A DNA stretch of 64,000 bases from Candidatus Latescibacterota bacterium (GCA_963791045.1 CAWBQK010000001.1:1-64000); one strand, 5' to 3'; shown: positions 40,844 to 53,436, counted from the first letter of the stretch. The notes: generated by a model from the sequence alone, not told the origin. Numbers and translations are program-made.

Positions 40844-43023
40844 TCACGGTTGATAACCAAATGTCACAAAAAAGCTTCTTCCGGGCAGCGGAAAACCGTT
40901 TACGTCGCTGATCTGGTTGTCTGGTCAGATTGCGCCCTTCGAAAGCCAGCATGACGCCGTTGCCAAGGGGGCGCCATTGGACCGCGGCGTTATGAATCTC
41001 CCGGGCGGGCACCGCCGAATGGTTGGCCGGATCGAGGTAGTTTTCGCCGATGTGATTGAAGTTCGTATGAAAGCTTCCACTTCTCCAACAACACGTCGAA
41101 GGAAAACCCAAGCGTATGCCGGGGCCGCGATGGAAGCTGGTTCCCGTTGTGGTACGGGATCGGCCCCACGTCCTTGCTATCGAGATACGAGTAGTTCCCT
41201 CCGACCCTCAGCCGGTTGCCCACCTGTGACGGCAAAAGAAAATTCCATCCCCCGGATCCGCGCCGCGCCGATATTTTGCGGCCGGGTCGTGAACTGCGAA
41301 TTGGGGAAGAACAAGAATGAGATTGCTCACTTCGTTGTCGAGATAAACCAACTCAACAAATATGTTTCTGAATTTCCAAAAACCGCCGGCATCCGAAATC
41401 ACCGCGCCAATATCCCGATTCAGACCTTCTTCGGGTTCCAGATCGGCGCTTCCCGTAACCGAACCGGTGTTGCCGAACAGTTCGACAAAGGTTGGCAGCG
41501 CGGTAGTAACGCCCCCAGTTGCCTTTGAAGGTGAGAAACGAAGCGGCAAGCCACCGGAATCCGGCGCGCGGCGAGACGTTGTTCCGGGTGACCTCACCCT
41601 GCGGCGTGGGCGGCAGCCACGGAAATCGGGGCGCGATCGTAAAATTCATTGGTGTGCGTCTGGTACCGGCCGGCGGCCGTCAAAACCAGACCAATCCGCT
41701 CGAGAACGACATCGCCCGACACCACACCGGCATAAGAGGTGCGCAGGCGATCGGGTCCGGACGACTGCGACGGGGAGAACGGACTCGGGATGATACTTTT
41801 CGTTTTTTCCCTCGGCGAACAGCTCCAGCCTCAGCGGCAGAGCCGGTGTGTCGAATGTCGACCGCCCCTGCAAACCAGCCGTCCGAAAATCATTGTCGGT
41901 CTCCTGCCGGGTCATGGAGATTTCGCCGTTCGGGTCATTGAACTTCTCGTTCGCCCCGATAAAGAAACCCTGCGCGGCGAATGTCAGGCGGTCGGTGAAT
42001 ACCTCGCCCGGGTCGACCCGGAGGTAAGCCATGTGGCGTTTTCTCGCGCTACGCGCCGTCGTTGCCTGGTGCGAGCCGATTCCCGGAACTCCGCCCTCGC
42101 GCTGGAAATAATTGTAGTTGAGCGATACGTCTCTGAGTACGGGCACCGTGGCGTTCAAACGGCCCATGACATTCCACGCGTCGGAATCATTGTTGATCCG
42201 TTCGGTGGCGTTGTCGTCTCCCGGATTCTCCGGAGTGCCGCCGTCATCGACAAACGTAAAATTGCCGTCGCTCTTAAAATGTCCGCCGTGGGCGAACACC
42301 TTCACGGCGCCCTTCCCCGACCACAACGACAACACCTGGCGTGCCGTGTTGAACGAGCCGTGTGACAACCGCGCTTCCGCCTGGGTCCCCGGCGCTGCGC
42401 TCACGCCGCTCCCCGCGCCGCCCCGCGAGGTCAAGTTGACCGCGCCCCCTATCGCCGACGACCCCAGATGCGGTGGCGTAAAACCGCGATAGACCTCGAT
42501 CGCATTGACGCCGCCCAGCGGCAGATCACCGAGATTCGACATTCCCCCGTAAGCGTCGTTCAACGGAATCCCATCGAGGAAAACATCGACCTGGTTCGAC
42601 GACGATCCCCGGATCGAGACCGTCGCAAAACTTCCCAGACCTCCGTACTGGCGAACGCGAACACCGACGGTCCGTTCGAGCACCGTCGACAAATCGTCGA
42701 CGCGGTGACGCCGCTCGCCCAGATCAAGAACGGCGACAAAACCCGACCGTTTAAAAACGTCATATTGATTTCTTGAAACGCGTGGCGCTTCTACGATAAT
42801 CGCCGGAACCGAAAAGAGACTGTCGAGAACCGTGCCACTGGCGTCGTCCGTCGCCTCGCCGTCCACCGCGTTCGCCGTCGGCAGCGCAAAACACATGAGC
42901 ATCAACATGACCACAAAAAGACGCAACGCGCCCCGGATCACAGCGATGTCAAACGGCGGCCGCCTACGAGCGCACGCCGATCGCACGGGAAATATCAAGA
43001 AAGATTCAGAAGGTATCACTCAT
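40844..43023 (-). CDS. TonB-dependent receptor, probable cobalamin importer (BtuB-like), with multiple frameshifts
   Basis: Plug-domain motifs [27 protein letters not shown] and AIGGAVN; later [11 protein letters not shown]...LEPEEG. Preceded by a B12 riboswitch. Confidence 0.85.
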
Positions 43024-43065
43024 GTCCCTCCCTCTCGTCCTCGAAGAGGTTTTGGGCGGGGTCGG

Positions 43066-43224
43066 CTTCAGGCAGGTCTCCTGACTCATGGCTCGAACGC
43101 CTCCACCCCCTTCCCAGCGCCGGTTGCGCCAGTGGTATCGGGTGGGCGGCTCGCCAATCACAGTGGCGGGTCCGTGAGGGATTCTCACCCTCTTCCCTAT
43201 CAGCTCCTAATGAGCACCTGAAGT
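43066..43224 (-). promoter_or_regulatory. Cobalamin riboswitch
   Basis: AGGTGC...AGGGAAGAGGGTGAGAATCCCTCACGGACCCGCCACTGT...CCACTGG...GGGAAGG...AGTCAGGAGACCTGCC (B12 box). Confidence 0.95.
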
Positions 43225-43314
43225 ATTTTTATGATCGGTTCGATTCTAGGCAGGCGTGCGTGGGTGTCAAGCAAAAGGCATTCGGGAGAAAAAAAGAAAG
43301 TGTGGACAAAAAAA

Positions 43315-43391
43315 TGGCGCGCCCAGGAGGACTCGAACCCCCAACCTTCTGGTCCGTAGCCAAACGCTCTATCCAATTGAGCTATGGGCGC
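43315..43391 (-). tRNA. tRNA-Arg(ACG)
   Basis: Cloverleaf, anticodon loop CTACGGA, encoded CCA. Confidence 0.95.
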
Positions 43392-43401
43392 GCCCAAGTA
43401 T

Positions 43402-43842
43402 TTATTCGTCCAAAAACGTCGATCTCTTTAGAGTCGGTCCACCCGGCGGTGTAATCGACCCTGCTTCTTTTACGGGTTCGGTTCTCTGCGGCGGTTCGTT
43501 CATCTTCTGCCCATACGCCTCATGAACCTCGGTCTCGAATCGAAGACCGCCGACGGCTCCAGCGATGAGATTAAAAATCAATCCGCCGATCGTGATAAAC
43601 ACCGATCCGATGGTTCCGTAAACCATCGCCGCGACCGGCACCGCGAGAACGCCAAACACAATCCCCAACATCCCCATCTCAGGAAAGTCCTCTCCGAGGA
43701 GCGCCATGTTGAGTCCGCCGGCAAGGACCATCACAGATCCATATATCAACCCGATAACGAAGCCGATGAAAGTGTATATGAAAAACGCGATCTTGAAGAG
43801 CGAAAACAGCTCAATTCGTTTTATTTCTAGACGGGTCCGCAA
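43402..43842 (-). CDS. Two-TM membrane protein, DUF3566-like
   Basis: EIKRIELFSLFK...FNLIAGAVGGLRFE. Start placed at the TTG downstream of the tRNA. Confidence 0.7.
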   Translation of the reverse strand: MRTRLEIKRIELFSLFKIAFFIYTFIGFVIGLIYGSVMVLAGGLNMALLGEDFPEMGMLGIVFGVLAVPVAAMVYGTIGSVFITIGGLIFNLIAGAVGGLRFETEVHEAYGQKMNEPPQRTEPVKEAGSITPPGGPTLKRSTFLDE

Positions 43843-43870
43843 CAGCGAAACCTTTTCATTAAAAAATGAG

Positions 43871-43960
<90 letters not shown>

Positions 43961-43973
43961 AATCGGTTTTTTC

Positions 43974-44060
43974 TGGCGGAGGGCGAGGGATTCGAACCCC
44001 CATGGCTGTTCGCCCGGCGGTTTTCAAGACCGCTGCCTTACCAGTTAGGACTAGCCCTCC
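43974..44060 (-). tRNA. tRNA-Ser(TGA)
   Basis: Anticodon arm GCGGT-CTTGAAA-ACCGC, variable arm, encoded CCA. Confidence 0.93.
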
Positions 44061-44237
44061 AGACGTCTCAAGAACTTATTCTATCTTGACTTAGAAGTAA
44101 AGCGCAATTTCCGGGTTTTGGACGGAGACGGCGGAGAAGGGGCCGGGGGCACGTTGCCGCCGGCCCATTCCAGTGCTAAACTAATAGATACAATCTCCCA
44201 AAGATTTCTTCCGACCCACACTCGACGGAGGCACCCC

Positions 44238-44792
44238 ATGCGAACGACATGGCTGTTCCTGGCCCTGACCATTCTGTGCGCCGCATCGACCGTCCAGGCC
44301 CAGGGCGGCACCCTCATGCTTTTCTCCGACCCGAGCGGCCTCGACTGCGACCTCCATGACGATGCTCCGGGACTCTGCACATACTATGTAGTCCACATGG
44401 GAACCGCAGGAGCGACGGCGTCCCAGTTCGCCGCACCGAAACCCGCCTGCCATATGGGGATCTTCCTGTCGGACACAGGGCAATACGCCGTCACGATCGG
44501 TAGCTCACAGACCGGCACGGCAATTGGGTACGGGGCCTGTCTCAGCTCACCCATTCATATTCTCACGATAAACTTTTTTTGCCAGGGTTTGACCGGGGAG
44601 TGCTGCATGTACAGCATCGTGCCCGACCCCAACATCGCGTCGGGTCAGATCGAAGTCGTGGACTGCAGCGAGACCCTCGTGTACGGCTCGGGTGGAACGT
44701 CGGCGGTCAATCCGACCGTCTCGTGCTGTTGCCAGTGCACACCAGCGAAGGAATCTACGTGGGGCAAGGTCAAGTCGCTCTACGTCAACTGA
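44238..44792 (+). CDS. Cys-rich secreted protein with TWGKVKSLY tail
   Basis: GGAGG RBS, signal peptide, ends CTPAKESTWGKVKSLYVN. Confidence 0.85.
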   Translation: MRTTWLFLALTILCAASTVQAQGGTLMLFSDPSGLDCDLHDDAPGLCTYYVVHMGTAGATASQFAAPKPACHMGIFLSDTGQYAVTIGSSQTGTAIGYGACLSSPIHILTINFFCQGLTGECCMYSIVPDPNIASGQIEVVDCSETLVYGSGGTSAVNPTVSCCCQCTPAKESTWGKVKSLYVN

Positions 44793-44866
44793 TTATTTTC
44801 GACGTATTACCAACGAGGACCAGTCGGCGCAAGGCGACGGATGATCCGAGGTTACACCGTCACCAC

Positions 44867-44895
44867 TTGACTTAATGTTAAGCAAATGATATACT
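44867..44895 (+). promoter_or_regulatory. Sigma70-type promoter
   Basis: TTGACT-N17-TATACT. Confidence 0.65.
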
Positions 44896-45104
44896 ACGCC
44901 ACCTTCGACCCAGGGGAAAGGCGTTCCAACCCCACGAAAGGGGGTGGTCAACTGCACATCTTCGGGCCTTCCACGCCTTGGCATCCCGGTTAAACTTCCT
45001 CGCCCCACAACTTGCCCGTCATTTCAAACCAGCCTGGCGTTCTTCTCAATCATGTATTGATACGTAGTTTTGTTCTGTTGTTTGGCGACGAAGGAGGATC
45101 TATC

Positions 45105-45658
45105 GTGAAACGCATGCTATTTGTTACGCTGATTCTGGTTGCGGGCGGCAAGTATCGCATTCGCCCAGACCGTGGCTTCAATCGGCATGTTCGGTGACAT
45201 CCAGGCACCGACTGCAACCTTTGGGACAACATCCCGGGGCTTTGCTCCTATTATGCCGTCCATGTGGGCACACCCGGGCGCAACCGCCTGTCAGTTCGCC
45301 GCTCCACAGCCCAGCTGCATTTGGCAATCTGGCTCTCCGACACCGCGATGTTTCCGGTGACAATCGGAAATTCCCAGAACGGGGTGGCCATCGGTTACGG
45401 CGCGTGTCTCGCATCTCCATTGCCGTGCTGTTGGTCAATTATTTCTGTCAGGGACTCACTCCGCCTTGCTGTCGTTACAGGGTCGTTCCGGACCCCAACG
45501 ACCGCACGGGACAAGTGGAGGTCGTCGACTGTAACAACATGCTGCGAACAACCTCCGGATTGTGCGCGATCATCAATCCAACGATCGACTGTCCGTGCTG
45601 GGCAACACCAACAAAAGAAAGCACCTGGGGCAAGGTTAAGTCTCTTTACAGCCAATAG
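45105..45658 (+). CDS. Tandem paralog of 44238-44792, with several frameshifts
   Basis: AAGGAGG RBS and GTG start; shared PGATACQFAAP, VTIGNSQNGVAIGYGACL and VPDPN motifs; ends ESTWGKVKSLYSQ. Confidence 0.8.
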
Positions 45659-45683
45659 GAATCGCCGGATCTCCACATTAAAC

Positions 45684-45725
45684 AAAAGACACCCGGCCGT
45701 CCGCGGGCGACCGGGTGTCTTTTTT
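45684..45725. terminator. Bidirectional intrinsic terminator
   Basis: AAAAGACACCCGG...CCGGGTGTCTTTTTT hairpin. Confidence 0.85.
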
Positions 45726-45741
45726 GAATCTCAGTAGTCAA

Positions 45742-48700
45742 TTATTTCAATAAAAGCATTTTTCTTGTTTCCACAATTCCGCCGCCCTCCAACCTGTAGA
45801 AATAGATTCCCGTCCCCACCATATTCCCATGGCCGGTCATGCCCATCCCATCGCCGCTCGTATCGACCGGCGGGCAACTCTTCATCGACGAGCACCCTCA
45901 CCAACGCGCCCGTCACGTCATATATCCCAAGCCGCACACCGGCGACGGAATTACCGGAGATATTGAAAACAATCGTGGTCACCGGATTGAAGGGGTTTGG
46001 GTAGTTTTGAAGAAGCCCCGTATCCTCGGTAACAAAATCATCGGGAATATCACGAACAGCCGTCATAACTTCAAATCCAGCCACTCCGTTGCGGTGCACG
46101 TTCGACTGGTATGCGGGCCACGGAACGCTGCCGCTGTCGTAAGTCCCGTCCAGGTCCCACACATACACCCCACGGTCCCACCCCATCGCCACCAGGTCTA
46201 CATCGCCGTCTTCATCGAGGTCGGTGATAAACGGCGCACCGCGGATGGCGTCCTGCGTGGTCACCGGGAACCCGTCGATCTCGTCCCCGAGGATATTGAA
46301 CGCGCGGATAAAGCGCGACTCGTCGCCGAATACGATCTCAGGCACCCCGTCACCGTCGAGGTCGCCAACCACCGGAGACGCTTCGCTGTAATCTTCGGAT
46401 ACGATGACCGGCCATCCCGGATAGTCGTTCCCCTCATGATCGAATATGTAGAGACGCGATTCGAAGCTGTTCCAGCCGTAGACGACGGCCTCAAGCGTCC
46501 CATCGTAATTGAAATCGGCAAACGCAGGAGAAGACGTAAAGAAAATATCCCTCAACGCAACCGTTCGCGGCCATCCGTCGACAACGGTTCCGTCACAATT
46601 CAGAAGATAGACACGCCCATAAGATCCTTTGGACTGCGCCAGAAGTTCGATCTCGCCATCTCCGTCCGCGTCTCCCGCTATGATACTTCCCGCGCTTTCT
46701 CCGTCCATTGCGAACGGCCACCCGGCAACACAGCCGGTGCTGTCGCCGCTGAAAACATAAATACTATCGACGCGCGTCCCGAGCACTATGTCGTCCTTGA
46801 AATCCCCGTCAATGTCACAAAGCGTCGGTGTCTGGTAGTGAAAAATGGTCGCCGGCGTCCGACTGAACACACCATGCGTCGCCGGATTGTCATCGCCGTC
46901 GCGGTACTCCGTCCCGTCCGAATTCCATGCATAAACAACACCCCGAATATCCACCGCGATCACTTCGTAAAACCCATCGCCGTTCAGGTCTCCCGCGACC
47001 GGCGCCGCGCGAAATTCATTCTCCGCGGTTTGCGGCCAACCGGGAAGAAGGTTGCCGTCGTGCGAGACGCAGTAAACCTGATCTGTGTTCAGGTCCGCGG
47101 CGATAATATCAAGACCGGGCACGTTGTCGAGATTGGCGAGGGCGATGGCGGCGTTGAATTGCGCCCCTACCTCGGCCAAAACTCCCCACGTCTGGGGATC
47201 GCTATCCCCGTCGAGGACCTCCTGCCCGTCGTGATGCCACGCGCATATGTGCGCGCTTCCCGCAACCAGTTCGAGGTCACCGTCGCCGTCAATATCACCG
47301 ACGACCGTCGGGCTTGTCGTTGAGACGTCCACCTCCAGCGGCCACCCCACGAGCTGCGGCGGATTGGTGCTCACCGAATACTCCGTGGACGGCGCGCTTT
47401 CGTTCCCCGAACTGTCCACCGCGGTCACCACATAATAATAACGCGTGCTCGCCGACAGTCCCGGATCGATGAACACCGTGTGTTCCAACGGATCGACGGA
47501 AACGAGATCGTAAGGACCACCTTCGCCGAGCGATCGATAGACCTGGTATCGAGACACGTCGGGACTCGGACTCTTCGACCAGTATGTTTTTATACGGTCG
47601 ACGCCAAGACCCGCGTCAAACACAAGATTGGACGGAGGATAAGGTGCGCGGAGCTCGATCGTGTCGACGTACGCGCGGCCAAAGAGATCGGTCACTTCGA
47701 CGACAATATTATTTTCGACGGCCGTATCGGATTCCTCCAGATGGAAACCCGCCGAGTTTTCTCCGCCGGTGAACGGGGCGAGGTCGGGATACCCGGCCGT
47801 CCCCTCGTGAACTATCACCCGTCCACTGAGATCGGTCACGACCGCCGTCAGACCGAAAGCCGTTCCCGTCCCGTAGTTTTTGAGCTTGTAGAAGAGGAGA
47901 AATTCCTCGTTGTTTTCGTTTATACCGTTTCCATTGCCATAGGGCGCGTCATCGGAAATTCGGAGCGTCGTGAGCGCGAGGTCAGGGGCATGAACTTCCC
48001 GCTGGAGGATGTCCTCCCACTTCGGCAACCCGTTATTCTCGATCACAAGATCGAACTGTATTGACCGCGCATCTTCTATCGCTGAATTGAATGTCACTCG
48101 AATCGAGTCTGTTGCCGCCGCGGCCGTCCCCGCCCCGATCACACCAAAAGAAGCCGTGCTGTCGACAACGATCACATCGGCGTCATCACAGCGAAGCGTC
48201 GCCGTCACGCTTCCCGAAGGCGTTCCGCCCGCATTTTTGAGTTCGAGGGCAAAGTCGACCGTCTCTCCCGCATCGATTACACCATCGCCATTGCCAAAGG
48301 TCCCACCAGTCGTGTCATCATCGACCGCGGCCGACGACAGGCTAACGTGCGCCCCGAGAGTCGGATCGACGGTTATCGTTCCCTGGTAACGAACCAGGTT
48401 TAAACCGGTAACCACGACGGAGATTTCCCCCGGCGTGTCCGCCGAAAAATCAAATGTGATACCGCCCATTGCGTCGGTCGCGCCATACTGATAATCATCG
48501 CCGTCTTTCCGAAGACATACAAACGCGGAATCCACGGGAAGCCCGTCCGATGTGACCGCCACAACAAGATTTGTGTTTCCGAGCGCCACATTCGTCGCAT
48601 GGTAAACATTCGGGTGTTTGACGGCACCCGTCCACATCGGCATCTCCGGATCGCCCAGAAGCGTGTATACGTAGTGCGTCCACAGATCGACGTTGTCCGC

Positions 48701-50542
48701 CGACTCCGCCCACGGCGTGCGCGCGGCTCTCGAAAACGTTAACGTCTCGCCGCCCCGAACCACGTTGTGATTGAAAGCGAGGTCGTAGTACGCGTTCATG
48801 TAATGCGAATCGCACGCGGGAAATTCGAGATGACTCGCGCCAACCGTCGCAACCGCGCCCCCGTTCGGATTCGTCAACATGTTCTCGGTAATACACTGGT
48901 AATCGAACGCAGACACTTTACAGTCGACCATGAATATCGTAAAAAGCCGATCGCCGTTCGTCAGCGCGTCTATGTCCGATTGAATAACGCTCTGATCGGC
49001 GCACGAAAAGTTGAATCGGGACCCGTGCCCGACATGATTCACCATGTTGAAACCCGAATCGAGAGAATCGATCATAATTTGCCGGGTCAAATCCACCGCC
49101 CCCGGAAATATCTCGTACGTTTCGTAAGCTCTCGTTCCACGGATCGGCTTGTCGTCCATGAAGAGCACCCACGTCATTTCGGAAATGTCGGCTCCGTTGA
49201 GGGCCATCGGTTCGCCCTCGACCCAATCGGGCGGAAAGAGAACTTCCGCGCCAAACAACACTTTGTCGGTGTATTCAGTGTCCATGGGGGTTTCATACGC
49301 AATTACTTTGTCAATAATAGTCACCGCGTCGACCAGCGTCGATGTCGGCACCCGGCCGACATGCACTTCCGCATAGAGATCGGGGTCGTCAAAATCCGCT
49401 CCGTGCTCTCCCCAATATTCGTCGTTGTTCGAATTCCAGGATCCATCGAGACAGGCGAAATACATGTCGGCGGGTATCTTGACTCCTTCGCCCAGGTATC
49501 GGGTCAACCCATAGCGCACCGGAATGACATCGGTATCCCCGCCGAGCAGGACGAACTCGATTCCCCATTTTTCGTACGCGTCGCGAATAAAGAAGCGAAT
49601 GGTTTCCGCAAGGTCCACACCGTTTATGCAATTCTCCGCAATCCACTCCACAGACCTGACAACCGTCGGAACACCTTTTGATGTTTTCCAGTCCGCGAGA
49701 CGTTCGAACTCGCTCGATAATTCCTCCGTGGTGATTATCAGATAATCCACAGGGCTCCCCTCGATCGAGGGGCTCATCGTCGGGCTAAAACCGCCTTTCG
49801 GCATTTCGACCGCGATACGATCCCCGCCGTAGGAATTAGTGGCCCCCGTATTCACAACGAGAGTTGCCAGGATTCCATCGATCTTCTCCTGGAAATCAGA
49901 ATCGTGCCGCCGTCTTGAAACAGGCGCTTCGCCGGCGGCAGGAGCTGTTGTCACGGCGACCTTGACCGTCTCGTTCAGGTTCAAATCGCCGTTTGACAGA
50001 CGAAGCGGATAAACGGCAAAACTGGCTATCGAATACCCGTGAAGAAATCCCGTTCCCAGATATATACCGTTCGCCGGCGGGTACACGTCGCCTTCGGAAG
50101 AACCGGCGAACAACGGCGTTCCCTTCCCCACCAGTCCATCGATCGTCGAGTACGGAGAAGCGGCCGGGATCGTGACACCGCGCGCGATTGTTTTCTCAGC
50201 GCCCGGCGTGAATGAGTATCCGTCCACCCGATCACCAGGTGGCAAAATAAAGCTCACGATCCGACAGGGCAGGACGGGTCGTCCCGCGTCGCGCACCATC
50301 TCAAACCCTTCTCCTGCAACGCGGACGCGCGACAAATTCCCGCTCGCAACCAAAGTGACATCGTTTTCGGAGAGCGAGACGATGTAATCCAGGTTGGCGG
50401 CCGAAAGAGTGGCCGGGATAAAAGCAAATAAAAGAATGGGAAATAAGACAAGGAGCGTTGGCATCCGTCGCCGCGCGCGGGACGCGCCGCGCGACTCGGA
50501 TCGGCGGACCGAAACCATGTGGACGGAATACACTGACCGCAT
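45742..50542 (-). CDS. C25 gingipain-family peptidase with propeptide, FnIII, FG-GAP repeats and FlgD-Ig C-terminal domain (frameshift near 45830; start may be near 50463)
   Basis: VLLGGD, DMYFACLDG, VGRVP, NHVGHG, VDCKV and LLGDP motifs; GDxDGDG repeats; QNYPNPFNP. Confidence 0.9.
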
Positions 50543-50752
50543 GTGCCCCCCAGGTCAGAATCGAGTATTGTGCCTTCTGAATTCTCGACCAACTGCATCG
50601 GTATGCGGGGCAATTATACGCCAAGTTCGAAGAACCGTCAATGTAGTGGGAAAAAAACGATTTTGCGAAGTATTGGTATGTTTTTCCAGTCGAAACGGAT
50701 GGCGAGTTAGGTATCCCGAACCAGCTTTCACCGTGACACCGGTATCTCAACG

Positions 50753-51232
50753 TCAAAGATCCAGCTCCAGATACAGCGCCGCCTCGATGGGGTTGTGACG
50801 ATACGCGACGGGCGCTGAGAAACCAAGCGACCGGTACAGGGCGACGGCCGCCTTCATGTTTTCGACAACGTCGAGCCGCATCTTTTTGTATCCAATCTGC
50901 CGCGCGCGTTCGACCGCCGTTTCGGCGAGCGACCTGCCAATCTTATAACCACGATGCTCCGACTTAACGTACAACCGCTTCATTTCGCAGGAATCATCGT
51001 CAATGCGGCGTATGCCTATACAACCGGAGGGTGCGCCGGCGACAAGCGCCACGAACAAACACCCCGTCGGCGGCGCGTATTCGCCGGGAAACGCCTCCAT
51101 CTCGTCGGCAAACCCCTCAAAGCACAGTTCGAAATCGAGCGACTCGGCATATTCGGTCATCAAGGCTTTTGCGTCATCGATGAAATCTTCGGCCACGGCG
51201 TCCGCGATTCTAACTTCGGGCTTTGAACACAT
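50753..51232 (-). CDS. GNAT-family N-acetyltransferase
   Basis: CEMKRLYV...RGYKIGRSL and LYRSLGF motifs. Confidence 0.9.
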   Translation of the reverse strand: MCSKPEVRIADAVAEDFIDDAKALMTEYAESLDFELCFEGFADEMEAFPGEYAPPTGCLFVALVAGAPSGCIGIRRIDDDSCEMKRLYVKSEHRGYKIGRSLAETAVERARQIGYKKMRLDVVENMKAAVALYRSLGFSAPVAYRHNPIEAALYLELDL

Positions 51233-51371
51233 ATTGCTTTATCGTTTCCTCTCGAGGCATTCTTATTTCCCTGTCCTCGTTTTAGCGATCTGTTTATACT
51301 GGTTGCCCGATAGAAAGTCAATCTTTGCATGAGTTCGCCCCAGCCCGGCCAGGCGCAAACACAGTCGCAGA

Positions 51372-52334
51372 TCATCGATGATGGTCGTCGAACAAACCGC
51401 GCTCGGATTCTTCCATTTCTCTGAGCTTGCGCCTGTTCCGGAGCCAGGTGCGGATTATCACGAATACAAACAGAAGGGCGAGAAGAGTGAACAGCGGACC
51501 CGTCTGGAAGAGCATCAAACCCGACCGGTACTTTGACACCAGATGGCCGGAAAACCTCACGTAGTAATCGACCTGTGTCTCTTCCCAGAACACCTCGAAG
51601 GCCTTATCGAAATCCCCCAACGCAGCCACCTCACCCAAAAACAAGGGAACCAGATCCATCTCCCTGTCGAACCTGTGCTGAAACGCCGCGTAAGACACGC
51701 GGTACGCCTCGCGAACCCGCGTCTCATCCGGCGGCAATCGGTCTGATATCTGCGCAAGGTGCGGCGCTCGCCGGCCCCACACCGCTTCCATGAGCCGCCA
51801 GCTCTCCACGACGGACCACTGGTGCGCCTGCCACTGGGCGAGGCCTTCGAGAAACCAGATAGGCATGCGGATGTCCCCCACGCGCTGTGCGAGGAGAATA
51901 TGGGATAATTCATGTGGAATAACCTTCTCAAGCGTATTCCACGCGTTTGACGCTCGTTTGACATCAACGAGCATCACCTGAGCCTCCATAAACGCGAATG
52001 CGACACCCCAGGGCGGAAATTGAACGTTCATCCGCTTGCCGTATTCTTCGAGCTCGGGGATGAGAAAGATGCGAAACGATCCGACCTCGGCGAGGCCCAG
52101 ACCTTTCGCGAGTTCGGGGATGCGTTCCGAACAGATTTCAGCGACACGTTCGGCGACTCTTTGGTCCTCGGCGCGGAATTCGATGGTAACTCCGAAGTCG
52201 TCCAACACTATCAATTTTGGAACGGGGTTCTGGGCTGCGGCACGAAGAGGAAAGACCAACAAAACAAACAAGAATGATGCTTGAAGAGCGATGACCGTAC
52301 TACGGCCGATTCTATTCCGACAGCACGTCATCAA
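51372..52334 (-). CDS. Peptidase MA-family metallohydrolase with C-terminal TM helix
   Basis: PHELSH...PIWFLEGLA. Confidence 0.8.
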   Translation of the reverse strand: MMTCCRNRIGRSTVIALQASFLFVLLVFPLRAAAQNPVPKLIVLDDFGVTIEFRAEDQRVAERVAEICSERIPELAKGLGLAEVGSFRIFLIPELEEYGKRMNVQFPPWGVAFAFMEAQVMLVDVKRASNAWNTLEKVIPHELSHILLAQRVGDIRMPIWFLEGLAQWQAHQWSVVESWRLMEAVWGRRAPHLAQISDRLPPDETRVREAYRVSYAAFQHRFDREMDLVPLFLGEVAALGDFDKAFEVFWEETQVDYYVRFSGHLVSKYRSGLMLFQTGPLFTLLALLFVFVIIRTWLRNRRKLREMEESERGLFDDHHR

Positions 52335-53436
52335 TTACTCCGGATCCAACCACGACATCCCCGCGATAAAACGCGACCGTCTGCCCAGGACAAATTGCGC
52401 GTTGCGGGTCGGAAAACTCGACTATCCCGGCGCCGCCATCAATCTCGATACGCGAGACCGGGGCCGAAGGGTGACGATACCTGATTTGCGCGGTAATCCC
52501 CGACGGATCGGCGACCGCCACGGGATCGATCCATTCGAGCGTGCAAACGAGACCGCGTTCGAGGAGGTCGTCGTTGTCGCCGATGATGAGCGTATTTCTC
52601 CCGCCGTCTATGCGTACGACATACTGTGGGATTCCGGTAGCAATCCCGAGATGACGTCTCTGGCCAATTGTATACGATGTAAGCCCCTTGTGCTCCCCCA
52701 CTCGCTCACCCCTGGTGTTCTCGATCGGGCCCGGCGTAAATTCGAGATTGTTCTTCTCCAGAAATGACTTGAGCGTTCCTTCAGGGACAAAACAAACTTC
52801 CTGACTCTCCGACTTGTCCGCGACCGACATATCGGCGTCCTGAGCGTAGTCCCTCACCGTCGCCTTATCATAGTCACCCAAAGGAAACACCACGCGCCCG
52901 AGCGTACCGCTGTCATGAACGCCCGAAAGGAAATATGACTGGTCCTTCGCACGATTGACGGCTCTTGCAAGATAAAGGCCGCCGCTGGCGCTCTCGAAGA
53001 CACGCGCGTAATGCCCCGTCGCGACGAAGTCCGCGCCGACCTTGTCCGCGTAGTCGAGAAGGGTGTCAAAACGGACAATCGTGTTGCAGCGGACACAGGG
53101 GTTTGGCGTTCTCGCGTTCTGATATTCCGACAAAAAGTTGCCGACTACCTCTTTGGAGAAGAAATCCTCCACATCGACAACACGGTGGGACATCCCGAGA
53201 CGTTCACATTCCCTGCGCGCATCATCGATCGCCTCAATCGAGCAGCAACTCCTGTCGGGAACCTCCGCGTCCCCGTAACAATAGTTCTTCATCGTCAGCC
53301 CGATGGCGCGAAACCCTTCGCGAACGAGCAGAAGAGCGGCCACGGCGCTATCCACGCCGCCGCTCATCGACACCAACACCGTGGCGCCGGGGTGTTTTTG
53401 CTTCAACCCTTCGATGTCAAGAAATCGCCCGTTCAC
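52312..53436 (-). CDS. mnmA: tRNA 2-thiouridine(34) synthase
   Basis: SMSGGVDS, TPNPCVRCN, ATGHY, KDQSYFL and ESQEVCF motifs. Confidence 0.97.
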   Translation of the reverse strand: MNGRFLDIEGLKQKHPGATVLVSMSGGVDSAVAALLLVREGFRAIGLTMKNYCYGDAEVPDRSCCSIEAIDDARRECERLGMSHRVVDVEDFFSKEVVGNFLSEYQNARTPNPCVRCNTIVRFDTLLDYADKVGADFVATGHYARVFESASGGLYLARAVNRAKDQSYFLSGVHDSGTLGRVVFPLGDYDKATVRDYAQDADMSVADKSESQEVCFVPEGTLKSFLEKNNLEFTPGPIENTRGERVGEHKGLTSYTIGQRRHLGIATGIPQYVVRIDGGRNTLIIGDNDDLLERGLVCTLEWIDPVAVADPSGITAQIRYRHPSAPVSRIEIDGGAGIVEFSDPQRAICPGQTVAFYRGDVVVGSGVIDDVLSE

